Origin: Gemmatimonadales bacterium
GTDB taxonomy: Bacteria; Gemmatimonadota; Gemmatimonadetes; Gemmatimonadales; GWC2-71-9
NCBI GenBank assembly: GCA_038250675.1
Contig: JBBSCB010000002.1
Coordinates: forward strand, 2,658-66,657
DNA: 64,000 nt
Direction of reading: 5' to 3'
The notes beneath the pieces are model-generated. The model worked only from the letters and a program-made list of their open reading frames with translations. It was not told the DNA's origin and did not search any database. Positions 29,759 to 38,542 of the stretch are shown piece after piece (the stretch's first letter is position 1; every line of letters starts with the position of its first letter). Both the position numbers and the translations under genes were made by a program.

Positions 29759-31351
29759 CTACGGCGCGGCCTCGAGAAATTCCACCGGTGATTCGCGCTG
29801 CATCGATGAGCGCAGCAGCCATTCGCTCTCGAAGATGATCACCGGGTTGTTCCACGCGTCGAAGAGCCGCATGCGGCCCTGCTCGCCGGCAATGTGTTCG
29901 ATCTCCGCCACCGGTCCCACTACCCAGCGCGGGTAGCGATAGCTGATCGGCTCGAGGCGGCAGCGCACGCCATACTCGTGCTCCAGGCGGTGGAGCATCA
30001 CGTCGAACTGCAGCATCCCCACGGCACCTACGATCGGCATGGGCCCGGCCACTTCGGTCGCCTGGGTGTAGAAGACCTGCGCGGCGCCTTCCTCGGTCAG
30101 CTGGCGCAGTCCCGCGTCGAGCTGCTTGCGGCGCATCGGATCGGACAGCACCACGCGGGCAAAGTGCTCCGGCGGAAACCGCGGGATGTCGCTGAACTCG
30201 AGGTCCTCCCGTTCGGACAGCGTGTCGCCGATGCGCAGCATCCCCCGATCCAGGATCCCCACCACATCCCCCGGCCACGCCTCCTCGATGACGGTGCGCT
30301 CGCGGGCCATGAACTGCTGCGGCGCGGTGAGCCGCAGGGTCTTCCCGGTGCGGACGTGACGCACCGGCATGCCGGCCTCGAAGCGCCCGGAGCAGACCCG
30401 CACGAAGGCGATCCGGTCACGATGCTTGGGGTCCATGTTCGCCTGGATCTTGAAGACGAACCCGGTAAAGTCGGGCCGGTCGGGGGGCACCGGGCCGATA
30501 GTGGACTGATGGGCCAGCGGTGGCGGAGCGAGTTCGAGGAATTCGCGGAAGAACGGCTCGACCCCAAAATTAGTCAGGGCACTGGCAAAGAAGACCGGCG
30601 TCAGCCGTCCGGCCAGGATCTCGCCATGATCAAACGGGTGCCCCGCCCCATCCAGCAGATCCACATCGTGCCGGAGCTGGTCGTGGGCGTCGTGTCCCAG
30701 CAGTTCCCGGATGGCCGGGCTGTCGAGCGTGCCCACGTGCACGGCGGCGCGGCGCGCGCCGTGATGCTCGTCGCGACCAAAGAGATGGATGTATCGCTGG
30801 CGCCGGTCATAGACGCCGGCAAATGCGCCGTCCCGATGAATGGGCCAGGTGACCGCGTGGCAGGCGATGCCGAGATCCGCTTCGACATCCCCGATGAGCG
30901 TGAGCGGGTCCTCACCGGCACGATCGCACTTGTTGACCAGCGTGAAGATCGGCATCCGGCGGCGCTTGCAGACCTCGAAGAGCTGGCGGGTGCGATCCTC
31001 GACCCCGCGGCGGTTGTCGAGCAGCATGACCGCGCTGTCAGCCGCCACCAGTGTCCGATAGGTATCCTCGGAGAAGTCCTCGTGGCCCGGCGTGTCGAGG
31101 AGGTTGATCTCGTAGCCGTCGAACTCGAACTGCATCACGCTGGAGGTGACCGAGATGCCTCGCTCCTGCTCCAGCTTCATCCAGTCCGACGTGGCGTGCC
31201 GCTGGGCACGACGCGCCTTGACCGAGCCGGCGAGGTGAATCGCGCCGCCGTACAGCAGCAGCTTCTCCGTGAGCGTGGTCTTGCCCGCGTCCGGATGGCT
31301 GATGATGGCGAACGTCCGCCGGCGGCGGATGGCTTCTTCCAGGTGCTCCAC
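29759..31351 (-). CDS. prfC: Peptide chain release factor 3
   Basis: RRTFAIISHPDAGKTTLTEKLLLYGGAI, DWMKLEQERGISVTSS, LLDTPGHEDF, NKCDR. About 530 aa, as for RF3. Confidence 0.95.
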   Translation of the reverse strand: MEHLEEAIRRRRTFAIISHPDAGKTTLTEKLLLYGGAIHLAGSVKARRAQRHATSDWMKLEQERGISVTSSVMQFEFDGYEINLLDTPGHEDFSEDTYRTLVAADSAVMLLDNRRGVEDRTRQLFEVCKRRRMPIFTLVNKCDRAGEDPLTLIGDVEADLGIACHAVTWPIHRDGAFAGVYDRRQRYIHLFGRDEHHGARRAAVHVGTLDSPAIRELLGHDAHDQLRHDVDLLDGAGHPFDHGEILAGRLTPVFFASALTNFGVEPFFREFLELAPPPLAHQSTIGPVPPDRPDFTGFVFKIQANMDPKHRDRIAFVRVCSGRFEAGMPVRHVRTGKTLRLTAPQQFMARERTVIEEAWPGDVVGILDRGMLRIGDTLSEREDLEFSDIPRFPPEHFARVVLSDPMRRKQLDAGLRQLTEEGAAQVFYTQATEVAGPMPIVGAVGMLQFDVMLHRLEHEYGVRCRLEPISYRYPRWVVGPVAEIEHIAGEQGRMRLFDAWNNPVIIFESEWLLRSSMQRESPVEFLEAAP

Positions 31352-31379
31352 TCACGGTCTCCTGACGGCGTCCCCGCAC

Positions 31380-31414
31380 GAACGCCCCGCAGGCAGATGG
31401 CCTGCGGGGCGTTC
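31380..31414 (-). terminator. Perfect 15-bp stem-loop between the Fpg/Nei gene and prfC
   Basis: GAACGCCCCGCAGGC-agatg-GCCTGCGGGGCGTTC. No U-tract on either strand. Confidence 0.45.
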
Positions 31415-31482
31415 CGGCGGTACCGGCGCGATGCGCCTGCGCCTGAAAACTAACCGGATCGGGGCAGCCGCGCGGCGGCCGA

Positions 31483-32382
31483 TCACTGCCCCAGCCGGGC
31501 GTCCCATTCATCGAGCGAACGGGGCCAGTCGTCCTTGAGCAGCCGGGACAGCGCACGATCGGCGAGGAGCCGGCCGCCGGTCTGGCAGGTGGCGCAGTAG
31601 TTGGCCTCGTTCTCGGCGTACCGGATCCGCTGCACCGGCGAGCCGCAGACCGGACACGCCTCGCGGTAGCGGCCATGCACCGCCATGCCGGGACGAAATG
31701 CGGTCACCTTTTCCGGAAACCCGTCGCCCACGTCATCCCGGAGACGCGCGGTCCAGCGCGTCAGCGTCTCCCGCGTGGCGAGGTACAGCCGGTCGACCTC
31801 CGCCGCATCGAGATTGCCGGTGACCTGCAGCGGCGAAAGCCGGGCGGCATGGAGAATCTCGTCGGAGTACGCGTTGCCGATCCCGGACAGGATCGTGGGA
31901 TCGGTCAGGAATCGCTTCAGCGTGTGCCGCCTCGCGGCCACGGCGGCCGCAAAATCCGCCGTGGTCATGGTCAATGGCTCCAGTCCGCCCCGGTCGTGGG
32001 CGGCCAGCGCCGCGCGGCCTCGCACCAGCCAGAGGCCGGCCCGGTGCTTCTTGCCTTCCTCGGTGAAGAGGAGCGTCCCCGCGTCGAAGTCGAACGCCGC
32101 CAGCCCCCGCCCGCGCGGCAGCACCGCCCCGGCCAGCCGCCAGCGGAGCCGTCCGGCGATCATGAGATGCAGCACGACGAACAGCTCCTTGTCCAGCGCG
32201 ATCACGACCCGCTTGCCGAGGTGGGTCACCCCCCGCACGCGAAGCCCCTCGGCGGCGGCCGGCGGTGGGTCCACCGACCGCAGCGCGAACGGCCCGCCGA
32301 CGCGAATCCGCTCCAGCACGGCGCCGGCGAGCTGGCGCTGGAGCGCTTCCACGTAGACGGTGATGTCGGGCAGTTCGGGCAT
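31483..32382 (-). CDS. Fpg/Nei-family DNA glycosylase (formamidopyrimidine/endonuclease VIII-like)
   Basis: Start at MPELPDITVY (catalytic Pro2/Glu3). H2TH region ILSGIGNAYSDEILHAARL. C-terminal zinc finger CPVCGSPVQRIRYAENEANYCATCQ. Confidence 0.85.
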   Translation of the reverse strand: MPELPDITVYVEALQRQLAGAVLERIRVGGPFALRSVDPPPAAAEGLRVRGVTHLGKRVVIALDKELFVVLHLMIAGRLRWRLAGAVLPRGRGLAAFDFDAGTLLFTEEGKKHRAGLWLVRGRAALAAHDRGGLEPLTMTTADFAAAVAARRHTLKRFLTDPTILSGIGNAYSDEILHAARLSPLQVTGNLDAAEVDRLYLATRETLTRWTARLRDDVGDGFPEKVTAFRPGMAVHGRYREACPVCGSPVQRIRYAENEANYCATCQTGGRLLADRALSRLLKDDWPRSLDEWDARLGQ

Positions 32383-32615
32383 CGCCGCGGGCTCCGGTGG
32401 CGGACGACTCAATATGCGCATCCAGGCCGATCCCGGGAGCCGGTGGGCCGGGCGAGCGGCGGGCACGCGCCTGGCCCATAGGGCGCTCCAGCGCGGCGTG
32501 CGTGCCGGGGCAGCATGACCGGCCCGTGCGTTTCCGCGACGGATCCCCGGAACCACGAGCGCTGCTCCGTAACCGGTCCGGCCCCGTCCATTCGGCCGCG
32601 CGGCCGCGCGGCCGC

Positions 32616-32659
32616 AAGCGGGCCCCGGCATATCCGTGATGGAGTGCCGGGGCCCGCTT
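32616..32659. terminator. Strong stem-loop downstream of pilC
   Basis: AAGCGGGCCCCGGCA-(14-nt loop)-TGCCGGGGCCCGCTT, 15-bp perfect stem, 27 nt after the pilC stop. The T4 run is on the plus-strand side. Confidence 0.5.
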
Positions 32660-32685
32660 TTCACATCGACCGATGGCGTCGCGGT

Positions 32686-33894
32686 CTACTGCACCGCGTT
32701 CATCATGTCGAAGATCGGCAGGTACATCGCCACCACCATGCCGCCGACGATCACGCCGAGGACCACGATCATCACCGGCTCCATGAGGGACAGAAGCGCG
32801 CCCACGGCGACGTCCACTTCCTCGTCGTAGAAGTCGGCGATCTTGGTCAGCATCTCGTCGAGGCCGCCGGTCTGCTCGCCAACCGCGATCATCGAGATGA
32901 CCATGGGCGGGAAGACCTTGGACTTGTCGAGCGGCGCCGCGATCGTTTCACCGCCGGCGATCGACTGCCGCGATTCCATGACCGCGTCGTGAATGACGCG
33001 GTTGCCCGACGTCTTGGCTGTGATCTCCAGGCCGTCGAGGATGGAGACGCCGGAGCTGATCAGCGTGCCGAGCGTGCGGGTGAAGCGGGAGACGGCCGAC
33101 TTCCGGAGCATGTCGCCCAGGACCGGCGCCTTCAGCATCATGCTGTCCACGTTCTTCCGTCCCACCGGCGTCGCGGCGTACTTCCGGAACGCAAAGACCG
33201 CCGCGCCCAGCGCCAGCAGGATGGCCCACCAGAAGCCGATCAGGATATGCGAGGCGCCGATCACGACGCGGGTCGGCAGCGGCAGCTCCATGTTGACCGA
33301 CGCGAACATCGCCTGGAAGGTCGGGATGACGAAGATCAGCAGCACCGTGATGGCGATGCCGGCGACGCTCATGATGACCGCGGGATAGACCATGGCGCTC
33401 TTCACCTTGCGCACCAGCGCGTCGTTCTTCTCGAGGAACGTCGCGAGGCGCAGCAGGATGGTGTCGAGAATACCGCCGGCCTCGCCGGCCGCCACCATGT
33501 TCACGTAGAGCTGGGTGAACGCCTTGGGGTGCTTCTGGAAGGCATCCGCCAGCGTGTTGCCGCTTTCCACGTCGTAGACCACCGCGCGGGTCACGTCCTG
33601 CAGCGACTTGTTCTCGGTCTGCTGCGCCAGGATGGTGAGCGACTGCACCAGCGGCAGGCCGGCGTTGATCATCGTGGCGAACTGCCGGGTGAAGATGACG
33701 ATGTCGCGCGTCTTGATGCGCGGCCCGCCCCCGAAGCTCAGCTTGATCGCCTTGGGCGCCTCCCGCACGTTCACCAGGATCATGCGGTTCTTGCGCAGGT
33801 ATGCGCTGACCTCGTCCTTCGAGGCCACGTCCATCTGGCCCTTCTGGATCTGTCCGGTCGACGCGTTGCGCGCGGTGTACTCGAAGACTGGCAT
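32686..33894 (-). CDS. pilC: Type IV pilus assembly platform protein PilC (GspF family)
   Basis: 402 aa, duplicated T2SF domains, N-terminus MPVFEYTARNASTGQIQKGQMDVASKDEV, GEQTGGLDEML motif. Confidence 0.9.
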   Translation of the reverse strand: MPVFEYTARNASTGQIQKGQMDVASKDEVSAYLRKNRMILVNVREAPKAIKLSFGGGPRIKTRDIVIFTRQFATMINAGLPLVQSLTILAQQTENKSLQDVTRAVVYDVESGNTLADAFQKHPKAFTQLYVNMVAAGEAGGILDTILLRLATFLEKNDALVRKVKSAMVYPAVIMSVAGIAITVLLIFVIPTFQAMFASVNMELPLPTRVVIGASHILIGFWWAILLALGAAVFAFRKYAATPVGRKNVDSMMLKAPVLGDMLRKSAVSRFTRTLGTLISSGVSILDGLEITAKTSGNRVIHDAVMESRQSIAGGETIAAPLDKSKVFPPMVISMIAVGEQTGGLDEMLTKIADFYDEEVDVAVGALLSLMEPVMIVVLGVIVGGMVVAMYLPIFDMMNAVQ

Positions 33895-33936
33895 CAGTGT
33901 GCTCCTGTGGAGTTCGGCGGAACGTCCGCCTTCCGC

Positions 33937-35076
33937 CTACCGCCTGCCGCCCGCCATGGCCGTCCGGCCGCTGCCGTTCTTGTCCGCGCCAACGCCCTCG
34001 TCGTCCAGCGGGCGCTCCCCGATCATCCGGAGGAACTCGTTGGGGTCGGAGGACACGCGCAGGCACTCTTCCCGGGTGACTTCCCGGCTGGTGTACAGCT
34101 GGTACAGCGAGTCGTTCATCGTCTGCATGCCGAACTTCTTGCCCGACTGCATCGAGGAATAGATCTGGTGAATCTTGTCGTCGCGGATGAGCGCACGGAT
34201 CGCCGGCGTGGCGATCATGATCTCCGACGCCATGCAGCGCCCCCGGCCGCGGGCGTTCTGCAGCAGCGTCTGGGTCAGCACCCCCTCGAGCACGAACGCC
34301 AGCTGCGCCCGCACCTGGGCCTGCTGGTTGGCCGGAAAGACGTCGATGATGCGGTTGATCGATTCCGCCGCCGAGTTGGTGTGCAGCGTGGCCAGCGCCA
34401 GGTGGCCGGTCTCCGCGATCGTCAGCGCCGCGGAAATCGTGTCCAGATCCCGCATCTCGCCCACGAGAATCACGTCGGGATCCTCGCGGAGGGCATACTT
34501 GAGTGCGCTCTGGAAGCTCTTGGTGTCGGTGCCCACCTCGCGCTGGTTGACGATGCACGAGTGGTGGCGGTGGATGAACTCGATCGGGTCCTCCACCGTG
34601 ATGATATGCCCCTTGCGCTCCTTGTTGATCTTGTCGATGATGGCGGCCAGCGTCGTGGACTTGCCGGAGCCGGTCGGGCCGGTCACCAGGATCAGCCCGC
34701 GGGGCCGCTCAGCGAGCTTCGAGACCACCGGCGGCAGGCCGAGGTCCTGGAAGGTTCGCACATTGAACGGAATCATGCGGATTACCATGGCCACGCAGCC
34801 GCGCTGCTTGAAGCAGTTGCCGCGGAACCGGGCCAGATTCTGGATGCCGAAGCTGAAGTCCAGCTCGTCTTCGGTCTCGAACCGCTTCTTCTGGTTCTCG
34901 GTCAGGACCGAGTACGCCAGCTGGAGCGTATCCTTGGGCGTGAGGAGCTCGGGGACGGAGCTGTTGGTGATGTCGCCGTCCACGCGAAGCTTGGGACGCT
35001 CGCCCGCGGTGATGTGCAGGTCGGACGCCTCCTTTTCGATCATCTCCTCGAGCAGGGCCCGCAGGTTGAAGCTCAT
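33937..35076 (-). CDS. pilT: Twitching motility ATPase PilT
   Basis: ASDLHITAGERPKLRVDG, Walker A GPTGSGKSTT, TVEDPIEF, DPDVILVGEMRD, GHLALATLHTNSA (Asp/His boxes). Confidence 0.9.
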   Translation of the reverse strand: MSFNLRALLEEMIEKEASDLHITAGERPKLRVDGDITNSSVPELLTPKDTLQLAYSVLTENQKKRFETEDELDFSFGIQNLARFRGNCFKQRGCVAMVIRMIPFNVRTFQDLGLPPVVSKLAERPRGLILVTGPTGSGKSTTLAAIIDKINKERKGHIITVEDPIEFIHRHHSCIVNQREVGTDTKSFQSALKYALREDPDVILVGEMRDLDTISAALTIAETGHLALATLHTNSAAESINRIIDVFPANQQAQVRAQLAFVLEGVLTQTLLQNARGRGRCMASEIMIATPAIRALIRDDKIHQIYSSMQSGKKFGMQTMNDSLYQLYTSREVTREECLRVSSDPNEFLRMIGERPLDDEGVGADKNGSGRTAMAGGRR

Positions 35077-36800
35077 TCGGCCGTCTCCTTCACGACTTCC
35101 TCGAGGGTGGTGACGCCCTTTTTGATCTTCACGAGCCCGTCCATCCGGAGGGTCAGCATCCCCTCGGCCACGGCCTGGTCGCGAAGCTCAGCAACGGACG
35201 CGCCACGCAGGATCATCCGGCGCAGCTCGGGTGACATCGACATGACCTCATACAGCCCCGCGCGACCCTTGTAGCCGAGTCCGCCGCAGGTATCACACCC
35301 CTTGCCCTTCATGAACGGGATCTGGCGCATGGACTCAAGATCCGTGCCCAGGGAGACGAGTTCCTCCTCCGTGTACCGGGCGGGGGCCTTGCAATCCTTG
35401 CAGACCCGCCGGACCAGCCGCTGGGCCACCACGAGGTTGACGGCGCTGGCCACGTTGAAGGCCTCGATGCCCATGTCGATCATACGGGTGATCGTGCTGG
35501 GCGCGTCGTTCGTGTGCAGCGTCGAGAGGACCAGGTGGCCGGTGAGCGCGGCCTTGATGGCGATGCCGCCGGTTTCCAGGTCCCGGATTTCGCCGACCAT
35601 GATGATGTTGGGGTCCTGCCGCAGGAACGCCTTCAGGGCGGCGGCAAACGTCATCCCGATCTCGTTTCGCACCAGCACCTGGTTGATGCCCATCAGGTTG
35701 TACTCGACCGGGTCCTCGGCCGTCATGATGTTGACCCCGATCTTGTTGATCTGCGACAGGGCCGAGTAGAGCGTGGTGGTCTTGCCCGAGCCAGTCGGCC
35801 CGGTGACGAGCACCATGCCATACGGATTGAGAATCGCCTTCATCAGGTCGGCTTCCGCCTTGGGCTCGAAGCCGAACTTCTGGAGGTCGAGCGTCAGGTT
35901 GCCCTTGTCCAGAATACGGAGCACGATCTTCTCACCAAACAGCACCGGCAGCGTGGACACGCGGAAGTCAATCACGCGATTGCCCATCTTGAGCTTGAGG
36001 CGGCCGTCCTGCGGCACCCGGCGCTCGGCGATGTTGAGCTGCGAGAGGATCTTGATGCGCGAGGTCAGCGCCGCCTTCATCTTCATCGGCGGCTTCATGA
36101 TCTCGATCAACGCGCCGTCGATGCGATAGCGGATCCGGATCTCATGCTCGAACGGCTCGATGTGGATGTCGCTGGCGCCGCGACGCACCGCGTCGGTGAG
36201 CACGCCGTTGATCAGCTTCACCACCGGCGCATCGTCGATCTGCGCCTGGCTCGCGGCCTCGTCCTCCTGCTCCTCGAGGATCTCGACGTCCTCGTCGCCC
36301 ATCGCCTCCATGTCGCGGAGGATGTTGGTGAGCTGCTGCTGCTCGGCGGCACCGGTGTCGTAGTGCTTTTCGATCAGCGCGCGGAGCGTGTATTCCCCGG
36401 CGATGACCGGGAAGAGATCGTAGCGGGTGATGAACTTGAGGTCCTCCAGCAGGCCGATGTCGGTGGGATCGGCCATGGCGACGGTGAGCGTGCGGCCTTC
36501 GCGCTTGAGCGGGAGGACGACGTTCTTTATGGCCATGTCGGAGGGAATCAGCTTGACGATCTTGGGATCGACCTCGAAGCGCGAGAGGTCCACCGCCGGC
36601 ATCCGGTACTGGCGGGCCAGCACCTTGGTGATATCCAGCTCCTGCACCAGGCCCATCTTGACGAGCAGGTAGCCCAGGCGATGCTTGGTGGTCTTCTGCT
36701 CGGCGAGCGCCTGTGCCAGCTGCTCGCGCGTCAGGAGACCCTCCTGCAGGAGGACCTGGCCCAGCCGGTCGCCTGTTGCCGCTGCCGCAACTGTCGTCAT
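35073..36800 (-). CDS. pilB: Type IV pilus assembly ATPase PilB (GspE family)
   Basis: N-terminal MshEN-type domain (LGQVLLQEGLLTREQL), GASDIHIEP, GPTGSGKTTT, zinc tetracysteine CKDCKAP...CDTCGGLGYKGR. 4-nt overlap with pilT. Confidence 0.9.
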   Translation of the reverse strand: MTTVAAAATGDRLGQVLLQEGLLTREQLAQALAEQKTTKHRLGYLLVKMGLVQELDITKVLARQYRMPAVDLSRFEVDPKIVKLIPSDMAIKNVVLPLKREGRTLTVAMADPTDIGLLEDLKFITRYDLFPVIAGEYTLRALIEKHYDTGAAEQQQLTNILRDMEAMGDEDVEILEEQEDEAASQAQIDDAPVVKLINGVLTDAVRRGASDIHIEPFEHEIRIRYRIDGALIEIMKPPMKMKAALTSRIKILSQLNIAERRVPQDGRLKLKMGNRVIDFRVSTLPVLFGEKIVLRILDKGNLTLDLQKFGFEPKAEADLMKAILNPYGMVLVTGPTGSGKTTTLYSALSQINKIGVNIMTAEDPVEYNLMGINQVLVRNEIGMTFAAALKAFLRQDPNIIMVGEIRDLETGGIAIKAALTGHLVLSTLHTNDAPSTITRMIDMGIEAFNVASAVNLVVAQRLVRRVCKDCKAPARYTEEELVSLGTDLESMRQIPFMKGKGCDTCGGLGYKGRAGLYEVMSMSPELRRMILRGASVAELRDQAVAEGMLTLRMDGLVKIKKGVTTLEEVVKETAE

Positions 36801-36876
36801 GAGCTCGTGGGTTTGGACGTAGAATGAGGCCGATTGGGGCCTCGCAAAGCTAGAATCGGGCCAGCGGGCGCAAGCT

Positions 36877-37521
36877 TTAGCGCACGACCGCCAGATTCTG
36901 CAGCCGGCTCAGGAGGGCGGGCCCGATGCCCGGCACCCGGCCCAGCTCCCGTACCGAGCCAAACCCGCCCACGCTATCTCTAAATCTGACAATCCGTTGC
37001 GCCTTGGCCGGCCCGATGCCGGGGAGGGACTGAAGCTGGGCCGTGGTTGCGGTATTGAGGTCCAGTGGGCCCGCCGAGACGCCGCCCGCGCCCACCGGCG
37101 CCGCCCCGGCGGACCGCGGGCCGGAAGCGCGGGCGGCTCCGGTAAAGCGCAGGTGGGGGCCCAGTGATGCCAGAAGGGCCGGACCCACCCCGGGCACCGA
37201 ATCGAGCCCCGCGAGGCCGCCAAAGGGGCCGTGGGCTTCGCGGTATGCCACGATGGCCCGAGCCAGCCCGGGGCCAACCCGGGGCAGCCGGGCCAGTTCG
37301 GCGGCCGGGGCCCGGTTGGCGTCGATCGCCTCGCCGGCTGCCAGAGGCCGGGCAAGGTGCACTGCGCTGTCGCGGTGCGCCAAGGGGGCACCCGGTCTGG
37401 AATCGGCCAGTATCTCGACAGCGCCCGGCGCCCCCCCGGGCCGGAGGAGGAGATAGCGGACCCCCTGCCCGGCCGTGGCCAGGGCCAGCAGCAGGAGAAT
37501 CGCGCGGTGCTCGGCTGACAT
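36877..37521 (-). CDS. ComEA-like helix-hairpin-helix DNA-binding protein (two HhH modules, N-terminal membrane anchor)
   Basis: IDANRAPAAELARLPRVGPGLARAIVAYREAHGPF and LDLNTATTAQLQSLPGIGPAKAQRIVRFRD. Start at MSAEHRAILLLLALATAG. Confidence 0.75.
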   Translation of the reverse strand: MSAEHRAILLLLALATAGQGVRYLLLRPGGAPGAVEILADSRPGAPLAHRDSAVHLARPLAAGEAIDANRAPAAELARLPRVGPGLARAIVAYREAHGPFGGLAGLDSVPGVGPALLASLGPHLRFTGAARASGPRSAGAAPVGAGGVSAGPLDLNTATTAQLQSLPGIGPAKAQRIVRFRDSVGGFGSVRELGRVPGIGPALLSRLQNLAVVR

Positions 37522-37594
37522 GGAGCGGATACTACCGGTGGGGGTGCCGCGCGGCGGATCCAATCCGCGCCGCGTGGTACGGAAAGCCGGGCGG

Positions 37595-38515
37595 CTAGTG
37601 GCCGGCTTCCCGTATCAGCGCCATGGCCACGTCACCAACCGCGGCGAGACTCCGGGCGCTGACCTTGTCGATGGTGTCGTCCCTGGTATGCCAGTAGGAA
37701 TTGGACGGGCCGTAACTGAAGTCCACCAGGTCAACCGCGCGGAGCCCCGCCTTCTGCAGCTCCACGTGATCGTCGGTGAGCGCTTCGCCGTCGGCGTCCA
37801 CAAAGACGTCGGCGTGCCCGGTGCGTCGCGCGGTCTTCCAGATGTTGGCCATCACGTCCGGCGCCGCGATGACCGAGTTGGGCTCACGGGGGATCCGGAG
37901 ATCCCGATCGCCCACCATGTCGAAGAGCACGGCGTAGTCCGGCCTGGCCCCCGGCGCCTGGTGACCGGCGTAGTAGCGGCTGCCGATCAGCACATCGTTG
38001 GGCTCCTTGTAGAAATCGGCGAAGTCCTCGCCGTCCACGAAGAGCAGATCCACGCCGATCCCGGGCGGGGTCTTGCGCAGCGCGTCGGCCACACCGAGCA
38101 GGACGGCCACGCCCGAGGCGCCGTCGTTGGCGCCGGGCACCGGCGCGGCGCGATCCTGGGACCCGGGGCCGTCCGAATACGGCCGGGTGTCCCAGTGCGC
38201 CAGATAGAGCACGCGCTCGGCGGCCGCCGGCCGGAACCGCGCGATGAAGTTGGTGAGCGCCAGCGTATCGCCTTTGGCGGTGACATGGTTCCATCGCTGC
38301 ACGATCAGCGTGTCCGCCCGGACGCGCAGCATGCTGTCGAGCCACGTGGCCTCCTGCCGGTGACCGTCGGTCCCCGGTATCCGCGGGCCAAAGCCGACCT
38401 GCGCCTCGATGTACTGGAAGGCGCGGGCGCCGTCGAACTCGCGCGGCGGCGCGGCGGGGGCGTCCCGGCATGCGGCCAGGAGCGAGACCAGGGCGATCAG
38501 CTTGACCGACGACAT
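37595..38515 (-). CDS. M28-family lipoprotein, glutaminyl-peptide cyclotransferase (QC)-like
   Basis: Lipobox LLAAC. Colinear matches to animal-type QC motifs as I recall them: GANDGASG (GATDSA), LLFVDGEDF (FFDGEEAF), LIGSRYYA (LYGSRHLA), LFDMVG (LLDLIG), DDHVELQKAGLRAVDLV (DDHIPFLRRGVPVLHLI), WHTRDDT (WHTMDDN). Confidence 0.6.
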   Translation of the reverse strand: MSSVKLIALVSLLAACRDAPAAPPREFDGARAFQYIEAQVGFGPRIPGTDGHRQEATWLDSMLRVRADTLIVQRWNHVTAKGDTLALTNFIARFRPAAAERVLYLAHWDTRPYSDGPGSQDRAAPVPGANDGASGVAVLLGVADALRKTPPGIGVDLLFVDGEDFADFYKEPNDVLIGSRYYAGHQAPGARPDYAVLFDMVGDRDLRIPREPNSVIAAPDVMANIWKTARRTGHADVFVDADGEALTDDHVELQKAGLRAVDLVDFSYGPSNSYWHTRDDTIDKVSARSLAAVGDVAMALIREAGH

Positions 38516-38542
38516 GCGGAGTCCTTTGGACCGGGGGCGGGG

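Noticed and set aside
32383-32615. ~230-nt non-coding stretch upstream of the Fpg/Nei gene, considered as a possible small RNA (the adjacent hairpin has its T-run on the plus strand)
   Set aside because: I could not recognise any conserved ncRNA core (SRP, 6S, tmRNA, RNase P or riboswitch boxes). The hairpin is adequately explained as the pilBTC terminator. An Infernal/Rfam scan of both strands would settle it.
32594-32615. Short tandem GGCCGCGC repeats (GGCCGCGCGGCCGCGCGGCCGC), checked as a possible CRISPR or repeat array
   Set aside because: Only 2.5 copies of an 8-mer, with no spacers. This is simple GC-rich low-complexity sequence.
32515-35274. 919-aa plus-strand ORF spanning the pilC/pilT region
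   Set aside because: It is antisense to two clearly conserved T4P genes. The translation is His/Arg/Asp/Gly-rich with no domain signatures, so it is a shadow ORF.
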